IMG/VR virus record: IMGVR_UViG_2551306709_000010
Location: 1 to 64,000 of that record
Length of the DNA: 64,000 bases
Reading direction: 5' to 3' (one strand)
DNA from: an uncultured virus (IMG/VR IMGVR_UViG_2551306709_000010)
Taxonomy: Duplodnaviria > Heunggongvirae > Uroviricota > Caudoviricetes
Every line of letters begins with the position of its first letter. The first letter of the stretch is position 1. The translations under genes and the position numbers were made by a program. Below are positions 40,561 through 49,473 of the stretch, in pieces. The notes beneath the pieces are model-generated. The model was given only the letters and a program-made list of their open reading frames with translations. It searched no databases and had not been told where the DNA came from.

Positions 40561-41769
40561 ATGAATAAGATATTAGAATTAAGAGAAAAAAGAGCAAAGA
40601 TATGGGAAGAAGCTAAAAAGTTTTTAGACAGTAAAAGAAATGAAAGTGGACTTATTTCAGCGGAAGATACTGAAACTTATGAAAAGATGGAAGTTGATGT
40701 TGTTAATTTAGGAAAAGAAATAGACAGACTAGAAAGGCAAGCTGCACTTGATTTGGAACTTTTAAAGGCAACTTCAACTGCTATTAGAAATATTCCTAAT
40801 GGAAATTTAAATGGCGAAACAAAAACAGGTAGGGCAACAAATGAATATAAAAAAGCCTTCTGGAAAGCTATGAAAAATAAAAATAGCTTAGATATTCAAA
40901 ATGCACTTCAAGTAGGCACAGATAGTGAAGGAGGATATCTTGTGCCAGATGAATTTGAAAAAACATTAATTGAAAGTTTGGAAGAACAAAATATATTTAG
41001 ACAGCTTGCAAATGTAATAACTACATCTTCAGGAGATAAGAAAATACCAGTAGTTGCATCTAAAGGAACAGCATCTTGGGTAGATGAAGAAGGTGCAATT
41101 CCAGAATCAGATGATGCATTTAGCCAGGTTTCAATAGGAGCATATAAATTAGCCACCATGATTAAGGTTTCAGAAGAACTTCTTAATGATAGTGTTTTTA
41201 ATTTAGAAAGTTATATAGCAAAGGAATTTGCAAGAAGAATTGGAGCAAAAGAAGAGGAAGCATTCTTTATAGGAGATGGTACTGGAAAGCCTACAGGAAT
41301 ATTTAATGCAACTGGTGGAGCAAGTCTTGGAGTTACAGCAGCAAGTGCTACAGCTATTACATTAGATGAGATCATGGATTTATTTTATTCCTTAAAATCA
41401 CCTTATAGAAAAAATGCTGTATTTACTATGAATGATGCAACAGTAAAGGCTATAAGAAAGCTTAAGGATTCCAATGGTCAATATTTATGGCAGCCATCTG
41501 TTACAGCAGGCGAACCAGATACTATTTTAAATAGACCAGTGAAAACTTCTGCTTATGTACCAACATTAGGTGCAGGAGCAAAGCCTATAGCTTTTGGAGA
41601 TTTTAGTTATTATTGGGTAGCTGATAGACAAGGCAGATCATTTCAAAGATTAAATGAACTATATGCAGCAACAGGACAAGTTGGATTTAAGGCAACACAA
41701 AGAGTTGATGGTAAATTAATACTTCCTGAAGCTATTAAAGTTCTACAAATGAAAGATAAAGAAAAATAG
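40561..41769 (+). CDS. HK97-family major capsid protein
   Basis: EGGYLVP, KVSEELLNDS, LKDSNGQYLWQP, FGDFS; N-terminal coiled-coil delta domain. Confidence 0.95.
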   Translation: MNKILELREKRAKIWEEAKKFLDSKRNESGLISAEDTETYEKMEVDVVNLGKEIDRLERQAALDLELLKATSTAIRNIPNGNLNGETKTGRATNEYKKAFWKAMKNKNSLDIQNALQVGTDSEGGYLVPDEFEKTLIESLEEQNIFRQLANVITTSSGDKKIPVVASKGTASWVDEEGAIPESDDAFSQVSIGAYKLATMIKVSEELLNDSVFNLESYIAKEFARRIGAKEEEAFFIGDGTGKPTGIFNATGGASLGVTAASATAITLDEIMDLFYSLKSPYRKNAVFTMNDATVKAIRKLKDSNGQYLWQPSVTAGEPDTILNRPVKTSAYVPTLGAGAKPIAFGDFSYYWVADRQGRSFQRLNELYAATGQVGFKATQRVDGKLILPEAIKVLQMKDKEK

Positions 41770-41792
41770 AAGTCAAAAGAGGTGAGTGTATT

Positions 41793-42068
41793 TTGGTAGT
41801 AACATTAGAAGAAGCAAAACTTTATTTAAGAGTAGATAGTGATGAGGAAAATGCACTCATCACTAAATTTATTTTAATAGCTGAAGAATTGTGTGAAGAT
41901 ATTTTGAGATACAAGTTATTAGAATTTGAAACGATACCTGAAGCAGTAAGGCAAGCAATTTTATATGCGGTAGCAAATATGTATGAACAGCGTGAAACTT
42001 TTGATGTGAAATCAGTAATTGAAACCATTACAAGACTTTTATTTTCTTATAGAAAAGAGAGTTGGTGA
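41793..42068 (+). CDS. Head-tail connector (gp6-like)
   Basis: VTLEEAKLYLRVD..QAILYAVANMYEQRE. Confidence 0.9.
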   Translation: MVVTLEEAKLYLRVDSDEENALITKFILIAEELCEDILRYKLLEFETIPEAVRQAILYAVANMYEQRETFDVKSVIETITRLLFSYRKESW

Positions 42069-42074
42069 TGTTCT

Positions 42075-42401
42075 ATGGATATAGGAGATTTAAAACATAG
42101 AGTTACATTTCAAAGATTTACTACAGTAGTAAATGATAATGGCTTTGAAGAAGAAACATGGCAAGATTATAAAACAGTATGGGCATCTGTTTCAAACCTT
42201 TATGGCAGAGAATATTTTGAAGCCGCAGCTATTCAAGAAGAGAATACTGTAAAGTTTACTATTAGGTTTATTAAGGAAATAAATGAAAGTATGAGAATAA
42301 AATTTAGAGATAAACAGTACAGCATAACTTCTATAGATAATATCAAATATGAAAATAAGTTTATAGAAATAAAAGCTATGGAGGTTGATAAAAGTGGCTA
42401 A
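42075..42401 (+). CDS. Head closure / head-tail adaptor
   Basis: GDLKHRVTFQ..VWASV..GREYFEA..FTIR. Confidence 0.9.
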   Translation: MDIGDLKHRVTFQRFTTVVNDNGFEEETWQDYKTVWASVSNLYGREYFEAAAIQEENTVKFTIRFIKEINESMRIKFRDKQYSITSIDNIKYENKFIEIKAMEVDKSG

Positions 42402-42792
42402 AATAGAGCTTGAAGGTATGGAGGAACTTATTGATAAAGTGAACAAGTTAGGGAAAAAGGGAGAAGAAATTAAAAAGAATACTTTAGATAAAGCAGGCAA
42501 TTTGGTGAAGAGAAGCATGGAAATAAAATCTCCAAAGTCTAAAGAAAATAAAAGGCATATGGCGGACAATATTAATGTATCAGACATAGAAAATGAAGAT
42601 GGTGTAGATTTTGTTAAAATAGGACCCAATAAAGGAGATAATTCAGAGTTCTTTTATTCTAAGTTTAGTGAATGGGGTACAAGCAAGCAGCCAGCTCAGC
42701 ATTGGGCAGAAAACTCTCTTCTTGAAAATGAAAATCAAGTAAATGAAATTATAAAAGAAGAACTTCAAAGGGGGATAGAATCACTTGAATAA
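42394..42792 (+). CDS. HK97 gp10-like tail component
   Basis: LEGMEEL..FYSKFSEWGTSKQPAQHW. Confidence 0.85.
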   Translation: MAKIELEGMEELIDKVNKLGKKGEEIKKNTLDKAGNLVKRSMEIKSPKSKENKRHMADNINVSDIENEDGVDFVKIGPNKGDNSEFFYSKFSEWGTSKQPAQHWAENSLLENENQVNEIIKEELQRGIESLE

Positions 42793-43108
42793 ACTTATTA
42801 TAGATACATTAAAGCCTCTTAAAATTCCAGTATCCTTTCAAAAATATACAGGAAGAAAAGATACTTATATTACTTTTCATGGGTATTTTACTGGTGGAGA
42901 AGAATATGAGGATGATAATGAAGTTCTAACAGCTCATTATATTCAGGTAGATATTTGGTCAAAAACTGATTACACAAATATTGTAAAAGAGGTTAAAGAA
43001 AAACTTATATCTGTAGGTTTTAAAAGATTAAGTGAAGCGGATTTATATGAGAAGGATACAAGAATTTATCATAAAGGAATGAGATTTTATTATTTGGAAG
43101 AAAGGTAG
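42785..43108 (+). CDS. Tail terminator/completion protein
   Basis: YITF..IQVDIWSK..GF..DLYEKDTRIYHKGMRF; synteny. Confidence 0.8.
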   Translation: MNKLIIDTLKPLKIPVSFQKYTGRKDTYITFHGYFTGGEEYEDDNEVLTAHYIQVDIWSKTDYTNIVKEVKEKLISVGFKRLSEADLYEKDTRIYHKGMRFYYLEER

Positions 43109-43117
43109 GGTGAAAAT

Positions 43118-43687
43118 ATGGCAAGGCAAATAGGTCTTAGAGATATTCATATAGCAGTGTTAAGTAAAGATGATAGTATAGAAGCAACCTATGAAAAGCC
43201 TATGAAATTAGAAAGGGCTATAAGTGCAAAGCTTAATCCAAAAACAAATTCAGATAATATATATTCTGATGATTCTGTTGAGGATGTAATAACTGTATTT
43301 GAAGGTGTGGAAGTTGAAATAGAAGTAAACCAGCTTTCAATTACAAGTAGGGCAAAGCTTCAAGGAGCAAAAGTAGTAAAAGGAATACTCATAGAAAATA
43401 AAGATGATATACCACCAACCATAGCATTAGGTTTTAGATCTAAAAAGAACAATGGAAAGTTTAGATATGTGTGGCTTTTAAAAGGTAAATTTGAATTAGT
43501 AACGGATGAATATGATACAGAAGGAGAAAAGCCAAAGGCACAGAGTGCAAAGCTTAAAGGAAAGTTTTTCTCAAGAGATTTTGATGGAAACTATAGATTT
43601 ATTGTAGATGAGGATGAAAAAGAAGTGGATGCAACAATAATTAAAGCATGGTTTACTGAAGTACCTAAAGAGCCTATTCAGACATAA
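43118..43687 (+). CDS. Major tail protein (phi13-like)
   Basis: IGLRDIHIA, YSDD, ALGFRSKKNNGKFRYVWLLKGKF. Confidence 0.9.
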   Translation: MARQIGLRDIHIAVLSKDDSIEATYEKPMKLERAISAKLNPKTNSDNIYSDDSVEDVITVFEGVEVEIEVNQLSITSRAKLQGAKVVKGILIENKDDIPPTIALGFRSKKNNGKFRYVWLLKGKFELVTDEYDTEGEKPKAQSAKLKGKFFSRDFDGNYRFIVDEDEKEVDATIIKAWFTEVPKEPIQT

Positions 43688-43779
43688 CATAAATAATTAA
43701 GTTATAATTTAACAATATTGTAATATTTAAAGATAAGATTTATAATTATTTTAAAACTATGTATTTAAGGTGATGAAGT

Positions 43780-44109
43780 ATGGAGGTTGTAACTAATATT
43801 TTTTGTTTTAATCGTCTATGTGAAAATTTGAATGAGTTACATCTTTGGAGTAAGATTTCTAAAACAGCTATAATTGATAACAATTTATATGAATGTAAAT
43901 TTTATACTTATGAGGAAATACCAGTACAATTATCGTTAACAGAAGATGAGTATTATTATATAGATGAGTACCTATATGATAGAATGATTGATGAATTTGG
44001 CTTCAATGGAGAACCAAGTGAAATGGGATTAGTTTACGAATCAATATATGATTTATGGCATAGTCTGAAGCGTACTAAATTGGAGGTTGATTATGAAATT
44101 TATAAATGA
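43780..44109 (+). CDS. Acidic hypothetical protein (moron)
   Basis: AAGGTG RBS; inserted between major tail and chaperone genes. Confidence 0.65.
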   Translation: MEVVTNIFCFNRLCENLNELHLWSKISKTAIIDNNLYECKFYTYEEIPVQLSLTEDEYYYIDEYLYDRMIDEFGFNGEPSEMGLVYESIYDLWHSLKRTKLEVDYEIYK

Positions 44110-44518
44110 CATAAGATTTCTCTGTCCTTGTTGCGGCTATCCAACACTGGATGATAGAGCAACCTATGATATTTGTGTTCTATGTAATTGGGAAGATGAT
44201 GGTCAGGATGATTTAGATGCTAATTTAGTTATAGGCGGACCTAATAGTGATTATTCACTTACAGAAGCTAGAGAGAATTTTAGAAAATATCTTGTAATGT
44301 ATTCTCCAGATAGAGACATGAGAATAACTGGTTATGATACAAAAGAAGAAGTGACAGTAAAAAAAGAGCTTATTGAAGTATACAATGAAATTATGAAAGA
44401 AAAAAATAGTATTCAACTCGATAAACTTTGGAATTTAGCATATGACCTAGAAAAGAGATTGGACAAAATTACATCTGAGAAGATAAAGGAATATGAAAAT
44501 AACCTAAAAAGAAAATAG
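44093..44518 (+). CDS. Cys-rich CPCC-family protein (moron)
   Basis: CPCCGYPTL..YDICVLCNWEDDG..GGPN..SLTEARENF. Confidence 0.85.
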   Translation: MKFINDIRFLCPCCGYPTLDDRATYDICVLCNWEDDGQDDLDANLVIGGPNSDYSLTEARENFRKYLVMYSPDRDMRITGYDTKEEVTVKKELIEVYNEIMKEKNSIQLDKLWNLAYDLEKRLDKITSEKIKEYENNLKRK

Positions 44519-44581
44519 ATAGTAGCACTTACAAACAATTAGCTAAAGTAGGTGCTTTTTATTTTGAAAGGAGCTAAAAAA

Positions 44582-44905
44582 ATGAAAGCATCAGAACTTA
44601 AAAATAAAGGAGTAAAAATTACTTTAGGAAATAAAGAATACAATCCAAAATTTAACATGAACACTTTCTGTGAACTTGAAGAAGTTTATGGTGATATTAA
44701 TAAGGCCTTCGAAGATTTACAACTAATGAAAGTAAAAGCTATAAGGGCGCTTATATATTCAGCAATAAAAGTTGAGGATGAAAATGCAACTTTAAAATCA
44801 GTAGGAGATTTATTAAGTCTTAAAGATTTAGAAAACTTAGGTACTCTTATAAATGAAGCATTGAGTAATTCAATGCCAGAGATAGAAGAAAACTTGGGGG
44901 AATAG
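44582..44905 (+). CDS. Tail assembly chaperone
   Basis: KFNMNTFCELEEVYG; position before the tape measure gene; ends in slippery GGGGGAA. Confidence 0.8.
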   Translation: MKASELKNKGVKITLGNKEYNPKFNMNTFCELEEVYGDINKAFEDLQLMKVKAIRALIYSAIKVEDENATLKSVGDLLSLKDLENLGTLINEALSNSMPEIEENLGE

Positions 44906-45099
44906 AAAGCTACTCTGATCCACAGCCTTGGGATTGGGAGTGGCTTTTTTATTTGGGAACTAATTTATTGGGTATGAGCGAAGAACAGTTTTGGAAGAGT
45001 ACTCCTAGAAAATTAACTGGTCTTTTTAAAATATATAAAAAGGTAAAGGGGATAGAAGATAAGCAGGACTTTGATTATATAGATAACATAATCTTTTAA
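44899..45099 (+). CDS. Tail chaperone -1 frameshift extension (gpGT-like), not in the ORF track
   Basis: Open -1 frame GIESYSDPQPWDWEWLFYLGTNLLGMSEEQFWKSTPRKL..DNIIF* after GGGGGAA at 44896-44902. Confidence 0.75.
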   Translation, partial: GIESYSDPQPWDWEWLFYLGTNLLGMSEEQFWKSTPRKLTGLFKIYKKVKGIEDKQDFDYIDNIIF

Positions 45100-45128
45100 A
45101 TCTTAGGGAAAGGAGGTAACTATAGCTT

Positions 45129-47648
45129 ATGGCAAGAGGTGGCAATACCGTTGTTGCAAGAGTTGGACTTGATGATAAAGGGTTTCAAGAAGGTGTAACC
45201 AAAATACAAAGAAGTCTAAAGGTAGTTAAAAGTGAATTTGCAGCAGCTAGCTCAAAACTTAAGGATTTTGGAAAGTCTACAGAAGGTTTAAAACTTAAAT
45301 CAGATAGCTTAAATAAACAAATGGAACTTCAAAAGCAAAAGGTAGCGGCGCTTACTAAAAGTTATCAAGAAAGTGTAGAGAAAAAAGGTGCAGATGCTAA
45401 AGCTACAGAGAATTTAAAAGTTAGACTTAATTATGCTACGGCAGAGATGAATAAATTACAGCGTGAACTAAATGAAACTAATGAAAGAATAAGAGTACAA
45501 GAAAGCAGATGGACTCAATTAGGTAATAAGCTAAATGAAGCTGGTAGCAAAATGCAGACAGTAGGTAAAAAGATGCAAGATGTGGGAAAAAGCTTATCTA
45601 CTAAAGTTACTGCTCCAATAGTTGGGGTTGGAACTGCTGCTGCTAAAATGAGTATAGATTTTCAGGATTCTTTAGCTAAAGTAAGCACAATAGTGGATAC
45701 TACCCAACTGAGCATGGAAAATGTTAAAAAAGGCGTTTTAAACTTATCTAATGAAACAGGAGAAGGAGTAAATGATTTAAATGAAGCACTATATCAAAGT
45801 ATTTCAGCAGGAGTTGAAAGTGGTAAGTCAATTGAATTTTTAGGTAGTGCAGTAAAACTTGCTAAAGGTGGATTTACAGAAACAAGTTCTAGTGTTGATT
45901 TATTAACTACAATACTAAATGGTTATAAATTAAAAGCAGAAGAAACTGCTAATGTAAGTGATATTCTTATTAATACACAAAACTTAGGTAAGACAAGTGT
46001 AAACGAACTTAGCAGTAGTATGGGTAAAGTTGTACCAATAGCTAGTGCAGCTAATGTAAATTTAAAGCAGTTATCAAGTGCTTATGTACTTTTAACTCAA
46101 AAGGGTATTGCTACAGCAGAAGCTGGAACTTATACAAGAAGTATGTTATCTGAACTCTCTAAAACAGGAAGTACGGCAGATAAAACTTTAAGACAGATAA
46201 GTGGTAAAAGTTTTGCAGAACTTATGGCAAGTGGTAAAAGTGTTGGAGATGTACTTAATATGCTAAATGAGCATGCAAATAAAAACAATCTAACACTTAA
46301 AGATATGTTTGGATCAGTTGAAGCTGGAACTGCCAGTATGATTTTAGCTGGTGCTGGTGGACAAGATTTCAATAAAGTATTGGATACTATGAGTAATGTA
46401 GCTGGTGCAACGGATACAGCTTTTAATAAAGTTAATGAAACTACAGGCGCTAGATTAAAAAAATCTTTTAATAGTCTTAAGAATGCAGGAATACAACTAG
46501 GAGATAGTTTAGCGCCAATGATAGAAAAAGTAAGTGGAGCAATACAAATTTTAGCAGAGAAGTTTAATAATTTAACTCCAGCACAGGCAGATATGATAGT
46601 TAAAATAGGATTAATGGTAGCTGCATTAGGTCCAGTTATAAGCATTGTAGGTAAGCTTATAAGTACAGGTGGCACTTTGGTTTCTACTATAGGAAAAGTT
46701 TCAACGGCTTTTGGAAAAGCTGGTGGTGCCAGTGCAGTATTAGGAAAAGCTTTTACTGCTTTAAAAAGTCCAATTGGAATTGCAGTAATTGCTATTGGTA
46801 CAGTTATAACTATAGGTGTAGCTTTATATAAGAATTGGGACACTATAAAAGCTAAAGCTGCAGAACTTAAAAAAGCTATAAGTGAGAAATGGAATGAGAT
46901 AAAACAAGTAACAACTGCTGTATTTACGAGCATAAAAGATTTTTTAAATAATATTTGGAATGGAATAAAGTCTGTTTTTACTAATTCTTTAAATTCTATA
47001 AAATCTGGCATAACTTCAGGATGGAATGGTATTAAAAATATAACCACAACAGTATGGAATAGTATAAAAACAATAATTTCAAATGTATGGAATGGAATTA
47101 AAAGTATAGTTACTAGCGCAGCTAATGGTATAAAAAACACAATCACTAGCATTTGGAATAGCATAAAAAGTGTTACTACTTCTGTCTGGAATGGTATAAA
47201 AACAGCCATAATAACACCAATTAATTCAGCGAAAAATATAGTTAAAAAAGCCGTAGATTCTATTTATGGTTTCTTTAAGAATCTTAGAGTACCAGAGATA
47301 AGAATACCTAAAATAAAGCTTCCTCACTTTAGTTTAAGAGGAGAGTTTAGTTTAATGCCACCGAAAGTACCAAAGTTTGATGTTAATTGGTATGCACAAG
47401 GTGGTATTTTTAATGCCCCAAGCATTATAGGAGTAGGTGAAGCAGGTACAGAAGCAGTTCTACCAATAGATAGATTAGATGAAATTATAGCTAAGTCTAT
47501 AAAAAAGGCACAAGGATTAGGAGAAACTAATGGATTAACAGTACACATAGAAAAGGTTATTAATAATACAGAAAAAGATATAGAACAATTAGCCTATGAA
47601 CTAGAGTTCTACAGACAACGTATTTCAATGGGGAAGGGAGGTAATTAA
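45129..47648 (+). CDS. Tape measure protein (TP901-like core)
   Basis: Coiled-coil N-terminus, TP901-type core, 11-aa W-N-G-I-K repeats, WYAQGGIF..GEAGTEAVLP. Confidence 0.95.
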   Translation: MARGGNTVVARVGLDDKGFQEGVTKIQRSLKVVKSEFAAASSKLKDFGKSTEGLKLKSDSLNKQMELQKQKVAALTKSYQESVEKKGADAKATENLKVRLNYATAEMNKLQRELNETNERIRVQESRWTQLGNKLNEAGSKMQTVGKKMQDVGKSLSTKVTAPIVGVGTAAAKMSIDFQDSLAKVSTIVDTTQLSMENVKKGVLNLSNETGEGVNDLNEALYQSISAGVESGKSIEFLGSAVKLAKGGFTETSSSVDLLTTILNGYKLKAEETANVSDILINTQNLGKTSVNELSSSMGKVVPIASAANVNLKQLSSAYVLLTQKGIATAEAGTYTRSMLSELSKTGSTADKTLRQISGKSFAELMASGKSVGDVLNMLNEHANKNNLTLKDMFGSVEAGTASMILAGAGGQDFNKVLDTMSNVAGATDTAFNKVNETTGARLKKSFNSLKNAGIQLGDSLAPMIEKVSGAIQILAEKFNNLTPAQADMIVKIGLMVAALGPVISIVGKLISTGGTLVSTIGKVSTAFGKAGGASAVLGKAFTALKSPIGIAVIAIGTVITIGVALYKNWDTIKAKAAELKKAISEKWNEIKQVTTAVFTSIKDFLNNIWNGIKSVFTNSLNSIKSGITSGWNGIKNITTTVWNSIKTIISNVWNGIKSIVTSAANGIKNTITSIWNSIKSVTTSVWNGIKTAIITPINSAKNIVKKAVDSIYGFFKNLRVPEIRIPKIKLPHFSLRGEFSLMPPKVPKFDVNWYAQGGIFNAPSIIGVGEAGTEAVLPIDRLDEIIAKSIKKAQGLGETNGLTVHIEKVINNTEKDIEQLAYELEFYRQRISMGKGGN

Positions 47649-47649
47649 A

Positions 47650-48354
47650 ATTTTAAGTTTTACTTTTGGAAATAAGAACAGCTATGATGATTTTGGAATA
47701 ATAATATCAAAACGACCTTCTATTACTTCTCCTAAAAGAAGAATAACCTATATAGACATCCCAGATAAAAGTTCTAATCTAAAATTTGATGAAGGCACTT
47801 TTGAGGATGTAACAATATTAGTTGAATGCATAGTAAAATCAAAAGATAATTTAGCGGACAAAATAGATGAAATAAAAGCCTGGCTTATAAATACAGGAGA
47901 AAGTGATCTAATATTTAGTTTTCAACCTGATAAAAAATATATTGCACAGGTAGTAAATACGATTGATTTTAAGCAAGTTTTAAAATACACATCAAGGGTT
48001 CCTATAATATTTAATTGCAAGCCCTTTAAATATGGAGTTAAAGAAAAGATACTTACAATAACTAAAAATAATTCTACTATATGTAATGAAGGAACTTTTC
48101 AAAGTGAACCTGTAATTAAGGTTTATGGTAGTGGAGATATAAAATTAAAAATTAATGAAGATGAAGTTACTGTAAAAAATGTTGATGGATATGTAACTGT
48201 AGATTCTGTTTTAAAAGATTGCTATAAGGATGATGTTTTGAAAAATGGGGATATGATTGGAGAGTTTCCTATTCTTAAAGTTGGAGAAAATGTTGTGAGT
48301 TTTAGTGGAAATGTTAGTGAGGTGGAAGTTAGGATTAATGAAATGTGGGCATAG
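47650..48354 (+). CDS. Distal tail protein (Dit), ATT start, missed by the ORF track
   Basis: 234-codon stop-free frame ILSFTFGNKNSYDDFGI..FNCKPFKY..NEGTFQSEPVIKVYG..FPILKVGEN..W; GGAGG 8 nt before ATT47650. Confidence 0.9.
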   Translation: MLSFTFGNKNSYDDFGIIISKRPSITSPKRRITYIDIPDKSSNLKFDEGTFEDVTILVECIVKSKDNLADKIDEIKAWLINTGESDLIFSFQPDKKYIAQVVNTIDFKQVLKYTSRVPIIFNCKPFKYGVKEKILTITKNNSTICNEGTFQSEPVIKVYGSGDIKLKINEDEVTVKNVDGYVTVDSVLKDCYKDDVLKNGDMIGEFPILKVGENVVSFSGNVSEVEVRINEMWA

Positions 48355-48465
48355 AATTGGTATATATTTGTATGTTATAATATTTTTGTAATTTATTGAA
48401 TGAATCTAATATGATTTTACGAAATGGAGGTTTTTGTAAAATTTTGATAGGGGGAACAAATAATT

Positions 48466-49380
48466 ATGGATTTTGTTGTTATTGATTTTGAAACTGCTAA
48501 TGCAAGTAGAGACAGTGCATGTGCATTAGGAATTGTAGTAGTAAAAGATAATAAAATCACAGAAGAAAAAGATTGGTTGATTAGACCCAATAATTTAGAT
48601 TTTGATCCTTGGAATTCTATGATACATGGAATAACAGAAGATGATGTAAAAAATAAACCTAAATTTAATGAGTTATGGAGAGATATTAAACCTTATTTAG
48701 AAGACCAATTAGTTATTGCTCATAATGCAAGTTTTGATATAAGTGTGTTAAGACATACATTAGATTGTTATGATATAAAATATCCAAATTTTACGTATTC
48801 ATGTACAAGAATCATAGCTAAACAACATTATAAAGGATTAATTAATTACAAACTTAATACAATTGCAGAATACTTAGATATTGAATTTAAACACCATATA
48901 GCTTGTGAAGATGCTAATGCAACAGCTAAAATATTAATTCATATATGTGAAGAATTGAATATAAGTACTATAGAAGAATTAAATGAACATTTAGGTATAA
49001 AACTAGGAAGTTTATTCAAGGATGGATATAAACCTGCTTGTAAACAAAGTAAAAGTGGTAATGGTTTTGACATACATGAGATTAAGTGCCAAACAGATAT
49101 TTTTGATGAAGCCCATCCTTATTTCAAGAAAACAATTGCTTTTACAGGAACATTAACAAGTATGAAAAGGCAAGATGCTATGCAAGAAGTAGTTAATATT
49201 GGTGGAATAGTTGGTAATGGAGTTACTAAAAAAACTAACTATCTTGTTATGGGAATACAAGATTATTCAAAATTTACAGATGGTGAGAAAAGCAGTAAGT
49301 TAAAAAAGGCAGAAGGACTAATAGAAAAAGGTCAAGACTTAGAAATTATATCAGAAGAAGAGTTTTTACAAATGCTATAA
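48466..49380 (+). CDS. DEDDh 3'-5' exonuclease with C-terminal BRCT domain (moron)
   Basis: IDFETAN, IAHNASFD, HHIACEDA; FTGTL..R..GG..VTKKTNYLVMG..IISEEEF. Confidence 0.9.
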   Translation: MDFVVIDFETANASRDSACALGIVVVKDNKITEEKDWLIRPNNLDFDPWNSMIHGITEDDVKNKPKFNELWRDIKPYLEDQLVIAHNASFDISVLRHTLDCYDIKYPNFTYSCTRIIAKQHYKGLINYKLNTIAEYLDIEFKHHIACEDANATAKILIHICEELNISTIEELNEHLGIKLGSLFKDGYKPACKQSKSGNGFDIHEIKCQTDIFDEAHPYFKKTIAFTGTLTSMKRQDAMQEVVNIGGIVGNGVTKKTNYLVMGIQDYSKFTDGEKSSKLKKAEGLIEKGQDLEIISEEEFLQML

Positions 49381-49473
49381 ACATAGTATTTTGTAATATA
49401 AATGAAAGATAAATTATAAATGGTAGTTTAGCCTTTTTTATTGTAGAAAACTAAACTGACGGGAGGTGATAGA

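Noticed and set aside
46880..47200. 33-bp periodic repeats as a DNA repeat array
   Set aside because: They encode the ordinary 11-aa Trp repeats of tape measure proteins.
46130..47209. 359-aa minus-strand ORF
   Set aside because: Antisense shadow of the repetitive tape measure gene; no independent motifs. The other short minus-strand ORFs in the track were rejected for the same reason.
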